Shown: positions 24,048 through 36,849, numbered from the stretch's first letter. The stretch: 64,000 bases of DNA from Lingula anatina (GCA_051362555.1 CM120640.1:35297967-35361966), one strand, 5' to 3'. Notes: a model not told the origin generated them from the letters alone. Translations and numbers: made by a program.

Positions 24048-27000
24048 TGCGTTCCTGTGGTTATAATCCATCCATATTTATTTTCATCTCTGTGAAAAAA
24101 ATAATAAATATATAAATCTATATGCATTCATTACTATATTTCCCATTTACTTGTATCAGTTTTATGTTTACAAGCCATGAAGGGAGTAACATAAAGCCTT
24201 TCAGGCAATTTATAGATCAGTTTATACTAGCTTTCAATGCTGTCGCTGTCCAAAACATTTAAAAACAAAAATATCACAAAGAGTATCACCAATAAAGCAA
24301 ACACACACTGCCATCATCCAAGGCATTTAGAAAAAAAAATCCAGATCAATTTATTACAGCATGTGACAGCACTGTTACATTCAGTCTTCTACTTCATAAA
24401 TTTTCCATTACAGCAGTCTCCTACTCAAATATTAATAATTCATTCCGAGTCATTCAAGGCATTATTAGCAACATGAAAATAGTTTAACAGATGTACAGTG
24501 GGTAGAAGGTTGGTATTTTATCTTCCCCATCCACCGCAGTATAAGTCAGATATACACCCCTTGTCAGCAAGGTATTTGTGATATCCATTTAATCCTCGCA
24601 TGTATTACAACCCGATTCTTTCAGTATCTATTACAAATTTTACACAAACTGCAGTAATTATCCATGTTGAAATGCTCTGCGGTTTCACATTCAGCCAAGA
24701 CACTAATTGCATATTAATATTACAGTGTGTTCTCACCACTCCGCAACTACAAATATCAAATTTACATCATGGATAACCAGCCTAGAACAGCAAAACACTT
24801 ATAACAAGAAACTGACATCAGGCATAAGCCAGAGAGTAAACATACAACAGGGTAATGATACAGATAATTGTTGTCTCTTTACTGTCACGGTCATTTAATC
24901 AATAACGCAGGACTGTCAAACATCCGTTTTATGCGTCATATATGTGCAGACTTCCTCTTGTACAATTCACGATAAGGCATCATGCAGACTTGCACGTGTA
25001 ATATGTGCCTGCACTATTTGAAATCAATGAAGTAAAAGCAAAACTAGGCATAGAGAAATATAGTCAAGCTTTCAGTCCATGAATATATGTAAACAGATAT
25101 AATGTATTTGAACAAGATAACTGAATAAAGATGGTAACTCGATGAATTTCAGTTAAAGTAGTTTGAACTAATTAGAAGGAGAGACAAAATCCATGCATAT
25201 CAGGGGTACAAGCAACTGAAAAAAAAATATAATTTATTGTTATTTTATGCTTTCATCTTTATAAAGCTCCTGGTTGCACTTTCCCTCCCTAAACAAGAAC
25301 ACTGTAAAATAATGCTTCAAAGTGGAATCCATGTGAAAATGGGAACTTTGCTTGTTTAGATCCTCTCTCCTTTGGCACAACAATTTATAGACACAGACAT
25401 GTGGTATGTGTGTATCCATGGCTTGCTTAGAGCATGTGACTTCTCCCACCAAGCCACTCTAATTTAACTTGTACTGCCTACAAATAACATGCTATTGGAT
25501 CACTAGCACAAATTTTCATGTAAAAGAACTTTTTAATGACCATAAAAAAAAGAGTGTTAATGCATGGTACTTCTTGCTAATAGATCTCTTGCCAGTCTTT
25601 TTTTTTTTAATTTCTGTCTTATGTATATGAGCCACGTGCAATCTGTACTTATTTACTTCATAGTTAAGTTGCGTTGTCCCCTTCTATATTGTCTATGTAT
25701 TGATAATATATTATTTTTTGGTTGTCTCAATACATATTCTCTCAACTCTGCTTCTCTTCATGAGCAGAGGGCCCTATCTACTTTTCTCACAGATCTATTT
25801 TTAAATGTGACTACACATTGTCACCATACAAAAATGAAAATTTTACAATGTTATAAGAGTAAAACTGTGCCCAAAGCCCTGCCACAGTTTGGAGCAGTCT
25901 CCACTGGATGATAAGATGATTTTTCAGTTAGAATAGTTTTGCTTTAATATACATTTCTACATAATAACTTCAAAATGATTTCAAATTGAGTAAAAGGATA
26001 CACTACCAACTTATAACTTACTGCATGACTTCAAGTCTCAATCTCCATTCACTCTACTTGTAGACATAGAAAGAAGTAAAATTAATAAAAAAATACCTAC
26101 AGTCTTTATTTAAAATTGGGAACATCACATAGATTGTCTTTAAGCACACTAGCTCATACGGCATTGATGTCACATCAATATGTCTAGCTTTACAGACATT
26201 TTACCAAACCCTTTTCAGTGCCCCCCCCATTACAGCATATGAGGTCACAGGCAAACACAGTCACAACTCCAACAGTACACATGGGTGCTCAGGTTTTCTT
26301 CAACATTACTGTAATTTTGCCACTGACCTCCATAGGATTGTATGGGTATAAGTTGTACCTGAAAGCCATAGATAAAATATTATATAGGTTCAAAAGGTAT
26401 GCAAGGTGCATGACACAAGAGCTCTATGATCTATTATTTGTAGCTTGCCCTGGTTGCACCAGTGACCTGGATGCCTCAACAACTAGACCATGAAGATGAT
26501 GCACGTTTCAATGTGGTAAACTCAAAAACCGAAACAAGTTAATGGCATTTTGAGCCTTTTATAAAAAGCATGCGCTTATTTGAAATAATTCTTAGTACTA
26601 TGATTTGCATCAACTTAAATGGGTATATAGTCTTGTCAAGTTACACAAGCATCTTCTTTTACAAAAGATGTACAATGTACTTCTAGTAAGATGAAGGTTT
26701 AATTTTCACTACAGTTGCTTGAATTACCATAACCCCTTATATCTACTTACTATATCTACTTAAATCTCAATTTGAATTAATTTTGGAAAATCCCATTATA
26801 TCTGCTGCTGTTGGTAATTTTTTTAACTAATTTGAATTGAATATGGCAGACTTTGACTACTGAGTTCATACTGTACTGCAACCAATCTGAGGAATGAAGT
26901 TTTATTTATGAACGCATAGTTAAGGTGTGAGTTAAGTTTCACAAATACACAGAGGTCAAAAGTCAATCTAAAAGTTTTGGACTGAAAATGATCCGTCTTT

Positions 27001-28845
27001 TCCACTTCATGATAAACCTGCAATAGTACACTTTATTAAGTATTTATTTTATCATTTTTTTAAATATAAAAGGCATTACTTCTTTAACTGATGTTAAATA
27101 CTCTTTCAAACATTATGCTGGAGAATTTTTTTTTCAAAACGATCATCTGCTACATCATAACCAGAAAAAAAATCATGACCTGGTTTGCACTGGTAAATCA
27201 GGTAGTATGAATAAAACAACAAAAGAGATGAATATTATACATTATCCTCAAAAACAATTTTGTGACCTTCATTTTGCTTTGGCACAATTTGTCATTTTGT
27301 TTAAACAGTAAACAACTCTATGTACATCAAGTGAGACAAATTTGTAACATTTTCTCCTTGAAGTGAGTGAGTAAAATTTAATCTGTATGCAAAAGCATGA
27401 TAGCTTTGGTGTAATTTTTATTCCACAGATGCTTCTAAATAGCCATTTTCTGCCTACGTTTGGTCAAAAAACAAATCTATATCATTGCAATGGAATAGTA
27501 TAAGTCAGAGGCCATACACTTATCTGCATTTCAGTTGAATAATTACTTTCCCCTCCTAAATAATGTGAAAGTTTGAGCATGTTAAAAAAATTTTAGAACC
27601 AACATTGAACTCAATATGTGACAAATGAGCCAACAAAACTTTGTGGAAGCTTTTCATATTTCAATAATCTAAGTGAATCATTTTTTTAATTCAGTTGAAA
27701 ACAATTGATCTCAAGCTTTTTGTTCATTTTTTAAAACATGCATATTAGAGGTTCAGGTTTTTATTTTCAAATCTACTGCTGGACAGAAAAAATAATAATT
27801 TTAAGCAATAGGTGAAAAGCCACCCAGCCCAAAGTCTGCCCCTGTTGCTGCCGTGATGTGCATTTCAGCCAGTTCATCTTCAACCCAGCCTGTAAGATCT
27901 TTATCGGCACCTCAAATGCAGCAAAATACGGAAAAGGATGACAAAATTTTAACAATTGAAATACCCTCGTTATTGAGAAAATCGTAATAATAAAAAAAGG
28001 CAAAAAGAAAAAAAATTTTTTTTTGAATACTTGGTTTTTTCCTTTCTTCTTTCATATATGGTGATAAAGGCTCAATCCCCAATTAGCTTGTTTTCAGGTT
28101 TGATTATTGCTCTGCTTCGATGAGTAGTATTTATGTGCAGTAGCGTGTTATAACGTGCGGTAATCCGAGTTGCACAACATCTGAGTCTTTTGTTCTCAGC
28201 TTCCACTGTGGTCTATGTCATTTTACATTGTGTTAGGAACTGTTATGTATAGCATAATAATGTGTGAGTGAAAAATATACCTATCTTTATCTTTAATACA
28301 GATGAGTTAACACATTTAAAACAGTCCTTTCAAAATTCAATGGCTTTTCGTTGCTTCTGGGAATGGATAGATGAGAAGTTCAGGTATATGCAGTCACTGG
28401 GAAGTTTACATTTGCACAATATCCAGGCAAGGTGCGAGTCTAAATGGAATATTGTAGATCTGTACGTTACCATTTTAACAGCACATAGAAGTTAAATAAA
28501 TAGAGATGACAACTCTACAGCCAAATTACTAACATGTTTGCAACAAACAATGACAACAACACAATGATTCTTCTTTTGAATTTTTAAAATCAGTCTTTTA
28601 TTTCATGACTGACCGATAAAATAAGGTTACACTTCACTTTTTCTGCTTTGAAGAAAAAAAAACATACTGAACAGATCCTGCTGACATATATCATAAAAAA
28701 GATATAGAAAATTAACACATTTACCATCACTTCACATGTCATAAAAATAAATTATATATCCCCTCTATGAAAGCTGAGAACACTGTTCACATAAGAATGA
28801 TGTGATTTTTTCTTCAGTCAACAGCTAATATTGAGATGGGTTTTA

Positions 28846-28888
28846 CCTCCAATATTTCGATGTCTATCAGGACATCTTCTTCAGGGAA
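28846..28888 (-). ncRNA. Second (inverted) copy of the minimal hammerhead-like motif
   Basis: Reverse complement of the same core: ccaatatttcgatgtctatcaggacatcttcttcagg on the + strand. Confidence 0.68.
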
Positions 28889-28930
28889 AGAGGCTATCCA
28901 GGTGAATAGCCTCTACTCAGGAGGTGTACT

Positions 28931-28967
<37 letters not shown>

Positions 28968-29247
28968 TGTCTTAGGAAAGGGAGATAGAGGTCAGGAAGG
29001 ATGGCACCATCATTTCTGTTGAGACTGGCCCCTGTCTTTTTGATGTGGATGGCTTCTAGGGCTTTTCTGTAATTTTCCCTTGGTTCACTGTCAATCACCA
29101 CGATTTTGTCAATTATAGGACCATATGCTACTTTATGTCCGGATTGTTCCTCATGCTGGCTTAATGTTGACTTGCTGTCTCTATTATTGACCGATTTTTT
29201 TTTCAAGTACACCTCCTGAGTAGAGGCTACTCACCTGGATAGCCTCA

Positions 29248-29290
29248 TTCCCTGAAGAAGATGTCCTGATAGACATCGAAATATTGGAGG
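29248..29290 (+). ncRNA. Minimal hammerhead-ribozyme-like motif in the Penelope pseudo-LTR
   Basis: CTGAAGA (29252-29258), stem II GATGTC/GACATC (29260-29265/29272-29277), GAAA (29278-29281), palindromic AATATT in place of stem III. Confidence 0.7.
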
Positions 29291-29399
29291 TAAAACCTAT
29301 ATCAATACTAGCTGTTGACTGAAGAAAAAAATCACATCATTCTTATAACTTAACACAGCTGATGAAATTCTTCTCTGACTGTTCACATAATTTTTTCTT

Positions 29400-29645
29400 A
29401 GACTGGGTTCTCATACCTAGATCAGTCTTTAGAACAGGATTGGTCCATCTCCAAGAGGTTTCTCACTAAATTGCTTTCTGCTTACGCAGCTTAGTAACTG
29501 GCATGCCTACTAAAGCTGCTAAACAATAGTTAACTACCCCAATTAGCTTCAGTACAGTAGGTGTGACAGACATTTAAACCACGTAAATTGATTGCAATTT
29601 AGCGAGAATCCCCTCAGAGATAGATCGATACAATGTTAGTATGAT
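29400..29645. mobile_element. MITE family X, copy 2
   Basis: Same blocks as the other two copies; begins about 10 bp after the Penelope TSD. Confidence 0.75.
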
Positions 29646-31854
29646 GTCAGGAATTATTCTTTGGATCTCTTCATTGGCTGCTTCTCATCATCATCATCAG
29701 TCTCAATCTAATATAACAAATTGTTATTTGTGTCTGCCTTGCAGATTTTGGGTTGCCCTCTTTTTCCTTTATTCATATCATGGCTTCTAATCAGGTGCCT
29801 GGTATAAAAAGAATATTTTAAACATACACATATACATGTCATGTTCAGCAATGCATTGGTTTCATTTAACCATTATTGCAAAAAAATTGTATCAATTTTG
29901 CTAAAAACCCCAACATCTAACAGAGCTCGACATAAGCAGTAGCCCGCTAGACAAGGGTATGTAGACTAGCCGCCTTGTGGGGCTACCAGTTACTGTCTGC
30001 CAATGATCTGCTCAGGCTACTAGTACCTACAATTTTGTAGACGTTACCAACATATTTTCACCATTTGCAGCAACCCGTGTCCCTAATTTGCCATTTCAGT
30101 ACACTTTAAATGCAATAGCTGTTTAAGATGATGATGCACTACAAATATAATTTAGCAGACAGCCCACAACAAAAAAATAAAAAAGGTTCAAATGTACCCA
30201 ACCAGCCAGTTTAAATGTAACCATTGTCAAAGACTTACCAACATCAAAGGGTGATCCTTTCACTCCTCTCTGCCACTGGCTATTTCTATACAGACAGCAG
30301 TACCATCACAGACAACTACCTCAGTACTTGATACAATCTGCATTCCTCACTTCTTCATTTTTTCCAACTTTTACCATTGCTTGATGATCTTTTACAAAAC
30401 ACATACTGTTTCATATTTCATTTATAAATATGATCTGCTATTTTACTTTCAGAAAGATCATGAAAACATGCATCAGAAGCAACAAAATTCGTGTCCATAT
30501 ACTACATCTTCTGGAGATGGAAAATCTGCATTATATCAAAACATGCTGAACTAGTTTTAATTGTTGGCTCTCCCATACAATCAACAGTAAATGAAAAACT
30601 ATGCAATCTACATTAAATAAAAACATGGATTGAACTAATTTGAATTGTTAGCTTTCCCATAAGATCAACAGTAAATGAAGCATTGTGCACTCTTAGAAAA
30701 TATATATTTAATAAATTCATTTGAGAAGGGGGATTGCATATTTCCAATCAAACTTTTGCATAATAATCACTTTATATACTACCAGCATATCTATCCAACG
30801 ATGCATCAAAAATGCACAGACTATGAAAAACAATGTTTATCGACATGTCTAATCATGGTATGGGCACAGTGAGCTGGCATGCATCATTACAGTGAGGGAA
30901 TGTGGCTGCAGGTCTGCTAGCATGAAAATTCATATGTTAGCATTCCTATATAATGTCACTGATCTGTACTGTTGTGCTAACGCATGAAAGATGTGGATAA
31001 TCTGTTCTATTCTAGTGATGTTACAAAAGCTGTTTACCCAGCTCCATCTGCCCTCATTGTGCGAAAATTGCACTAGGGAATTGCGTCAAGGTTTAATCTA
31101 AAACATGTCTGAATAGAGGGCTGTTCCTCTTGTCAGGGTGAAGAATTACCAAAAATAATATGGGGTCAACAAAAAAAAAAAAAAAAAAAAAATATTGCCA
31201 GAGGAAAGGGGGCAAGCATGGAAATCAGCTATATATATTAACAGAAAAAGATATTTAAATTACCAGGGAGGTAAAATGGGATACAACCCCTAGATTGTTC
31301 GCTGCTTTTTGTAGGCAGTTTGCAAACTTTTTCATAAAATATTTAAATCTCATGTTTAAAAACAATAAGAAATTGAAAATGCTAACCCATGCATTTTCGT
31401 GCTACGTACAGGTCTGCCTAAACACAATTGATCAATGACAAGTGAATCACCCAGTTAGTCCAATGGAGGGCTTCGGATGCACCATACTAGCCACGCTTAC
31501 CACCTCTGAAATGCAAATCCGTGACCAAGGCCAATCTTAATCTTATCTAACTGTGCCCTGCTGGTAGCATTACCGCTCAGTAAACAAACAGGATAATCTG
31601 ACGCCGTGTTGGACATCTTCCGTGGAGTCGTGAAGCAACACGTAAGTAGATCCAAAATTACGTTTATGTTAAGTACATTATTAGCGACACAGGTTGGTTA
31701 GATTGTCTTTAAGCACACTCACCAGAAAATGATGCTCTTGCTCTTCAGTGCAAACTAACCGGCAACATTGCAAACTACTTCATCTCTAAAAAGACGAAAT
31801 AATACACCTGACCTAAGGTTTCTTCCTGGAAATGTGTACAAACTCTTCTTTCAT

Positions 31855-32100
31855 TTGATTGGCCAATTGACATCAGTGCTGCCACCTGGCTCACAGTCTG
31901 CTGTAAAGCAAATTTGATGTTAAAAACTGCGTGGTTGATAGCTTCTTACTCCATATAAATTCGACTCACACACACGTTTATCTTGACAGAAAGGAATCAA
32001 ATGAAAGCTGATATACGAATATATATTTTGATAAGTGCATCTTGCCACGTGACACATGCCCCAGTGGCAACAAAAAGTTTGATCACATGACCTAGAGACA
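31855..32100. promoter_or_regulatory. Candidate bidirectional promoter shared by REV3L (-) and SPATS1-like (+)
   Basis: Lies between divergent genes. Contains a double CCAAT (attggccaat, about 31858-31867), E-box CACGTG (32046-32051) and an RFX half-site TGGCAAC (about 32065-32071). Minus-strand donors are at 31949 and 31722. Confidence 0.5.
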
Positions 32101-32152
32101 GGAAGCTATTCCAAATAGAAGTTAATTTAGATATTTGAGACATTTACTCATA

Positions 32153-34790
32153 ATGTTGCATCTTACAACAGAAATTGGAAAGTCTGGGATACAAGGTAAG
32201 ATTGGCCTTTGTATTAAGCGAAAATCTGTCAACTTTTCTAATGTGACAATTTTGTTTTGGAGGCTTTTGCATGTTGAAAAACTTAAAATTCTCATAGATC
32301 TACACTTACAAGAAGTCTTGACATAGATCTATCGTTTATAATATAACATTGCCAATGTCCAATGGTAGATGTACGGGTCTAGTGGCTGTAGTACAATCAG
32401 CAGCAACGTGATTATGTCAAGTTACTTTTTATCCATTATATTCTGCTATTTTGTTTGCAGAACTTGAAAAGAGGCATTTTCCAGACATTCACAACCGGAG
32501 AGGGCCGCTTCCTCATTATAAACCTACAGGCCGTGTGTATATCCCACATGGGTATGGTGAGCAACCAGACTGGAGACCTCATAATGAAAATATCACACCT
32601 AGATATTCTGAGTGAGTATGACATTCAAATATGTATATGCTTTATCCAGTAAAACATTTAAGTTTTAAAAATTTTAATTTCTTTGTGAATATCCCAATGA
32701 TTAGAATCAAACAATTAATGGGTGAATTAAAATGAAACGGTAAATCACGCTAGACATAATACTATTTCAGTGTTCAGTAAACATTCAGTCCACAAACATT
32801 TTGTGCTGATAGCCTACTACCCTTTAAAATGGAAGTAATATATATTTTCTTTTTATAGAGCTGGTCCAGACTGGAAATCACAGTTAAGATATATTCCGTC
32901 ACCTAGAAATGAGGAAGGAATACCAATAGAATTATGGCCTGACAGTTTTCCAAGACTTAGATACTTTCCAGGTATACAATTGATTGCTATTACATGAAAG
33001 ATATTCTCTTAATATAAAAAGAAAGAAAAGTATATTTATTTGATGTTTATGATCATAAAGGAAGTTACCTACATTCACCCTGAGCTTCAGAGATAACTTG
33101 ACACTAACCTCTTCACTATAGCCTATCTTCATCGTGTCAAGTAACTTGACACGATGAAGATAGGCTAATAGTGAAGAGGTTAGTGTCAAGTTATCTCTGA
33201 AGCTCAGGGTGCCTACATTGAATGTAGTCTTAACAAAAGGAAATTTGTATGGTATGGTTAATTTTTTCTTAAACTGATATCAAGCTGTAGTTAACTGTAA
33301 ACTGTACATATATCTAAGTATCAGATAAGATGTCTAAATCATAGTAATAGCAGCTAAAGGTAAGAGCATGGTTTTGCTCTCTGTCATACGTGATGACAAG
33401 ACCGATTCATTGATCAAAGCCATTTGAATAAAGGGCGATTTAATGTTATACCTCATAGGTTAAAACACATTTTGTCTTCAGAAATGATTTTAAACATTTC
33501 AGATAATGAAAACCCTTTTCACCAGATAAAAAGCTGTTTATTATTACTGTTAATTTTGAGAAAATTTATTTTTATTCACAGGGAAATTTAGTTGCACAGA
33601 GAAAGAATGGAGTCAGTATCCAGAGGGATATCACATAGGCAAAAGAAGCAAATGGAACGGTCTCCACTTTAGATCTGCTGAAACAACCAATGAGATTTCC
33701 CACCTTATGTTGTATGGCAAAGGTAGAAAGTGTAAGTATCAAGAAAAAAAATAGTTTTTCCAACCATTGGAATTGAAGCATTTTCTGACAGTTTTCAACA
33801 TTTTCTCTTACTGTGTTTTTTTAAAATAAAACTATAAAAAGAGAAATACATATTTGGTTTGTAACTAGCAACACAAAAGTGATTGAATTTTTTATCAGTT
33901 ACACGTTAATCAAATTTCTCATTTATTCTTGCTTTTTTTATTTGCAGTATGTGACATTGACCAAAGAAATGGCATTGCTTGTGCATCGCTAGGGGACAAA
34001 CAGTATCAAGCTCCAGAGTATTCATATAATTTTCATAAGTTTGGGTCCACAAGACCAATAGTGAATTTTGGGTAAGATTATCTTGTTCAAATGGTTTACT
34101 TATCTATTTGCAATGTTTACGGTATGGCAAATTTTTGTCTGTATTATTTTATGCATGTACATATAAATCACAGTACATATTGAAAAGTTTGCAGTGTCAA
34201 TTTAGTCACCTATGACAAAAATTAAAAAGTAGTACTGACACATTCTGTACTTGTTGAAGATAATTAAAATCCTAATTTTTTTACTCCTAGGGGTGCCATG
34301 CAAGACAGACCAAAACCAGACACATTTGTACCACTACAAGATCTCCCTACAGAGCCAAGGTAATGACTGGTTTCAGTGTTGTCAATTTTACTAATTTATT
34401 AATTTTCTTTGTTTGCCTTTGTAAAGGGGGGTAGGGGTACTTTACAGGATTTGAAAAATTTAAATATGGGAAATTAATTTATTGATAATGATTTACAGTT
34501 AAAGAAATTGAAAAATATAACAATTATGTCAGTGTGCACAATATATTTAGTAATATGAAAAGTAATTGTTTCATGTTTTAGTCAAAATTTACATACTTTG
34601 TTCCAAATTTGTAAGAGAAATATAGAAAAAATTCTGTACTATATCTTCACTTCTTTTTAGTGAAAATTTTGTAACAAAAGAAAGAAAAAGAAAGCACGAA
34701 GAAGAAGTTAATGTGGTAAAGGAATTAGAAACTTGGAAACCTGCTACTCCTTTGGCACAAACTCTTCCCCAGCAGGATAAGGACAAATGA
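32153..34790 (+). CDS. SPATS1: Spermatogenesis-associated serine-rich protein 1-like (259 aa, 7 coding exons)
   Basis: Missed by the ORF track. Phase-consistent exons: 32153-32195, 32461-32611, 32859-32971, 33582-33731, 33948-34071, 34291-34359, 34661-34790 (TGA). The C-terminus RNGIACASLGDKQYQAPEYSYNFHKFGSTRPIVNFG...DTFVPLQDLP...EVNVVKELETWKPA resembles the vertebrate SPATS1 C-terminus as I recall it. AATAAA at 35232-35237. Confidence 0.85.
33076..33211. mobile_element. 136-bp almost perfectly palindromic MITE with 8-bp TSD in SPATS1 intron 3
   Basis: CACCCTGAGCTTCAGAGATAAC...GTTATCTCTGAAGCTCAGGGTG; TSD CCTACATT at 33068-33075 and 33212-33219. Confidence 0.92.
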
Positions 34791-36184
34791 AGCAGAAGTT
34801 GACTGAAAGTTCAGAAGGTGTAAGCACAAGCTTCTAGATTAACCCCCCAAGCCAGAAAAAGGGGGTTCCATGGTGCCTGAATCTCATTCTATCCACCAAG
34901 TTAACATAATCAGGTCGAGGAGAAGGCTTTACTGGAGTTCTGAGAAAAAGCTCATTGGCCTCAAACAGTCTGGTATAGACTGGTCTGTTGAAAGAGGATT
35001 TTCATGGACTAGTTTTCATCAGATTGGTTGTACCGGTTTGTCTGTCCAGCATGTACATGTATACAGACAAGGAAGAGAAAATGGAGCATGAATGAACTTA
35101 CAAATGGCATTCAATTAAGAAAAATTTGTGTGAACACAAAATGACCACTTATTGGACGTTCTAACAGATTGTGATATAGAATTGATCATTTTCATACACT
35201 TAATTATATTTCTTATATACGGTACAAGTGCAATAAAATATTTTTTATTCTCTTAGAGCATTCATATTTGTCTCTTTTCATTTTGATTAATTAAATTGTT
35301 GAATAGGATTTCAATTGCTTAAGAGTGCTCCATTTGAGGAATTCTCACGTTTCCTTTTTTAGTTGCATTTCAATCCTTTAACCATTTAAAAACATGACCC
35401 AAACTTAGTATTATTCATTAACTTTTCTTTTTGAGTTTCTACCCTCTGCAACATGTCAATAAGTTGCCAATATAGCATACATTCAGTAATTTTACTAATG
35501 TAAGCTTGGAATTTTTTTCATTTATAAAGTGCATGAATGAAGGCAAGGACATTGTTCAAAGATTTTTCATTTTTTAAAATTTTTTATTATTTTATCTTTA
35601 AAATAAATAATTTTCAATTTTTTAAGAGCAAGTGCTACGTGATAAAGGCAAAACACAGAGGGTTAACAAAATGTCTTTCCTGTTTAACTATCACTGCATA
35701 AACTGACTACACCAAAATTGCCACACATGCACATGAATGTTAATTGCTTATGTTATATAATTACTTCAGTCATGGTACGATGACAAAAATATCTTGACAC
35801 TTTCAATTTAGTTTTACAAAGTTCAGTTCATTTCAACAAACCAAAAATGTGCTAAGAGAAAGAGAGAGAGAGAGAAAGCTCATCTCTCCCTTGCAAATCA
35901 TGAATGCGCATGCTTGGACAGGTGTTGTATGATTATTATTGACAATAAAACAGCTTTACAATTTCAAACATCTTTTGATTATGAGATATGATAAAATAAA
36001 CCCAGATCTAAAACAAATAGTTTCAAAAGTCTTATTTTGGTCTTATTTAATAGAAAAGTTTTAGAATAATAAAAGTCATGTACATAAATCAATCACAATC
36101 TTTATCTGCAAGGAGAAATATCTATACAATTTTCTGAACATCAATCAAAACAATGTTACAACTCAAAAATAAAGATACAAAAAT

Positions 36185-36187
<3 letters not shown>

Positions 36188-36235
<48 letters not shown>

Positions 36236-36249
36236 AGAGAGAGAGAGAG
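36188..36249. repeat. (TG)n(GA)n microsatellite
   Basis: Directly visible. Confidence 0.95.
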
Positions 36250-36849
36250 TAAATAACTGGTTATTTTAATAATATATCTAAAAAAATCACTACATGTAGA
36301 ATTTCTTAAATAACCATTAAACATCAATACTTTTTAAATTGAAAAAATGAAGGAAAATCGTACTGGGAACAAAATATAACAAATGAAAAAGGAGAGATGT
36401 AAATAATTAAATCAAACTATCATTAAAAATTACAATTAAATTATATCTATGATCAAATTTACATCTGTCACAAGAAAATGACTTCCTTGAGCAAATAAAA
36501 CAAATCAACATGGATTTTTTTGAAAGTGAAAGATGCATAATGTGTTAGACACATTAAAGAACTTGATCTCCATCTGAAAGGAGCATAATTTCAACAATCT
36601 ACTTTTATTCTACTGTTAAAACACACATACACACACACACGCACACGCACAGAATACAATCAGAAGAGTCTAACAGAAACAAATTTTTATTTTAAAATTA
36701 GTATGGAATGTGTGTGTGTGTCCATTTAACAAGAACCCCTTGTGCAGGCAAGAAAAAAAAAACAGAAAGAGAAAGAGGAAAAAGAAGAACTTGTGGCATT
36801 ACTTGTGGAATACAAAAAATTAAAAATTACATTATAAACATTATAATTT

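Larger units (their letters stand above)
28795..29377 (-). mobile_element. 5'-truncated Penelope-like retroelement (GIY-YIG endonuclease C-terminus flanked by inverted pseudo-LTR copies)
   Basis: ORF 29212-28913 (KSTLSQHEEQSGH...IVVIDSEPRENYRKALEAIHIKK...LNRNDGAILPDLY) has the layout of a PLE GIY-YIG C-terminus. Near-identical inverted arms of about 140 bp lie at 28791-28932 and 29203-29346. The direct repeat ACTGTTCACATAA is at 28782-28794 and 29378-29390. Confidence 0.88.

Noticed and set aside
28933-28963. Poly-C run as a functional G-quadruplex or poly-Gly coding tract
   Set aside because: A homopolymer inside the Penelope fragment, likely slippage-expanded; its length is unreliable in assemblies.
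29921-30025. cagagctcgacat...tagccc resembling a hAT-MITE left end
   Set aside because: No matching right end or TSD was found.
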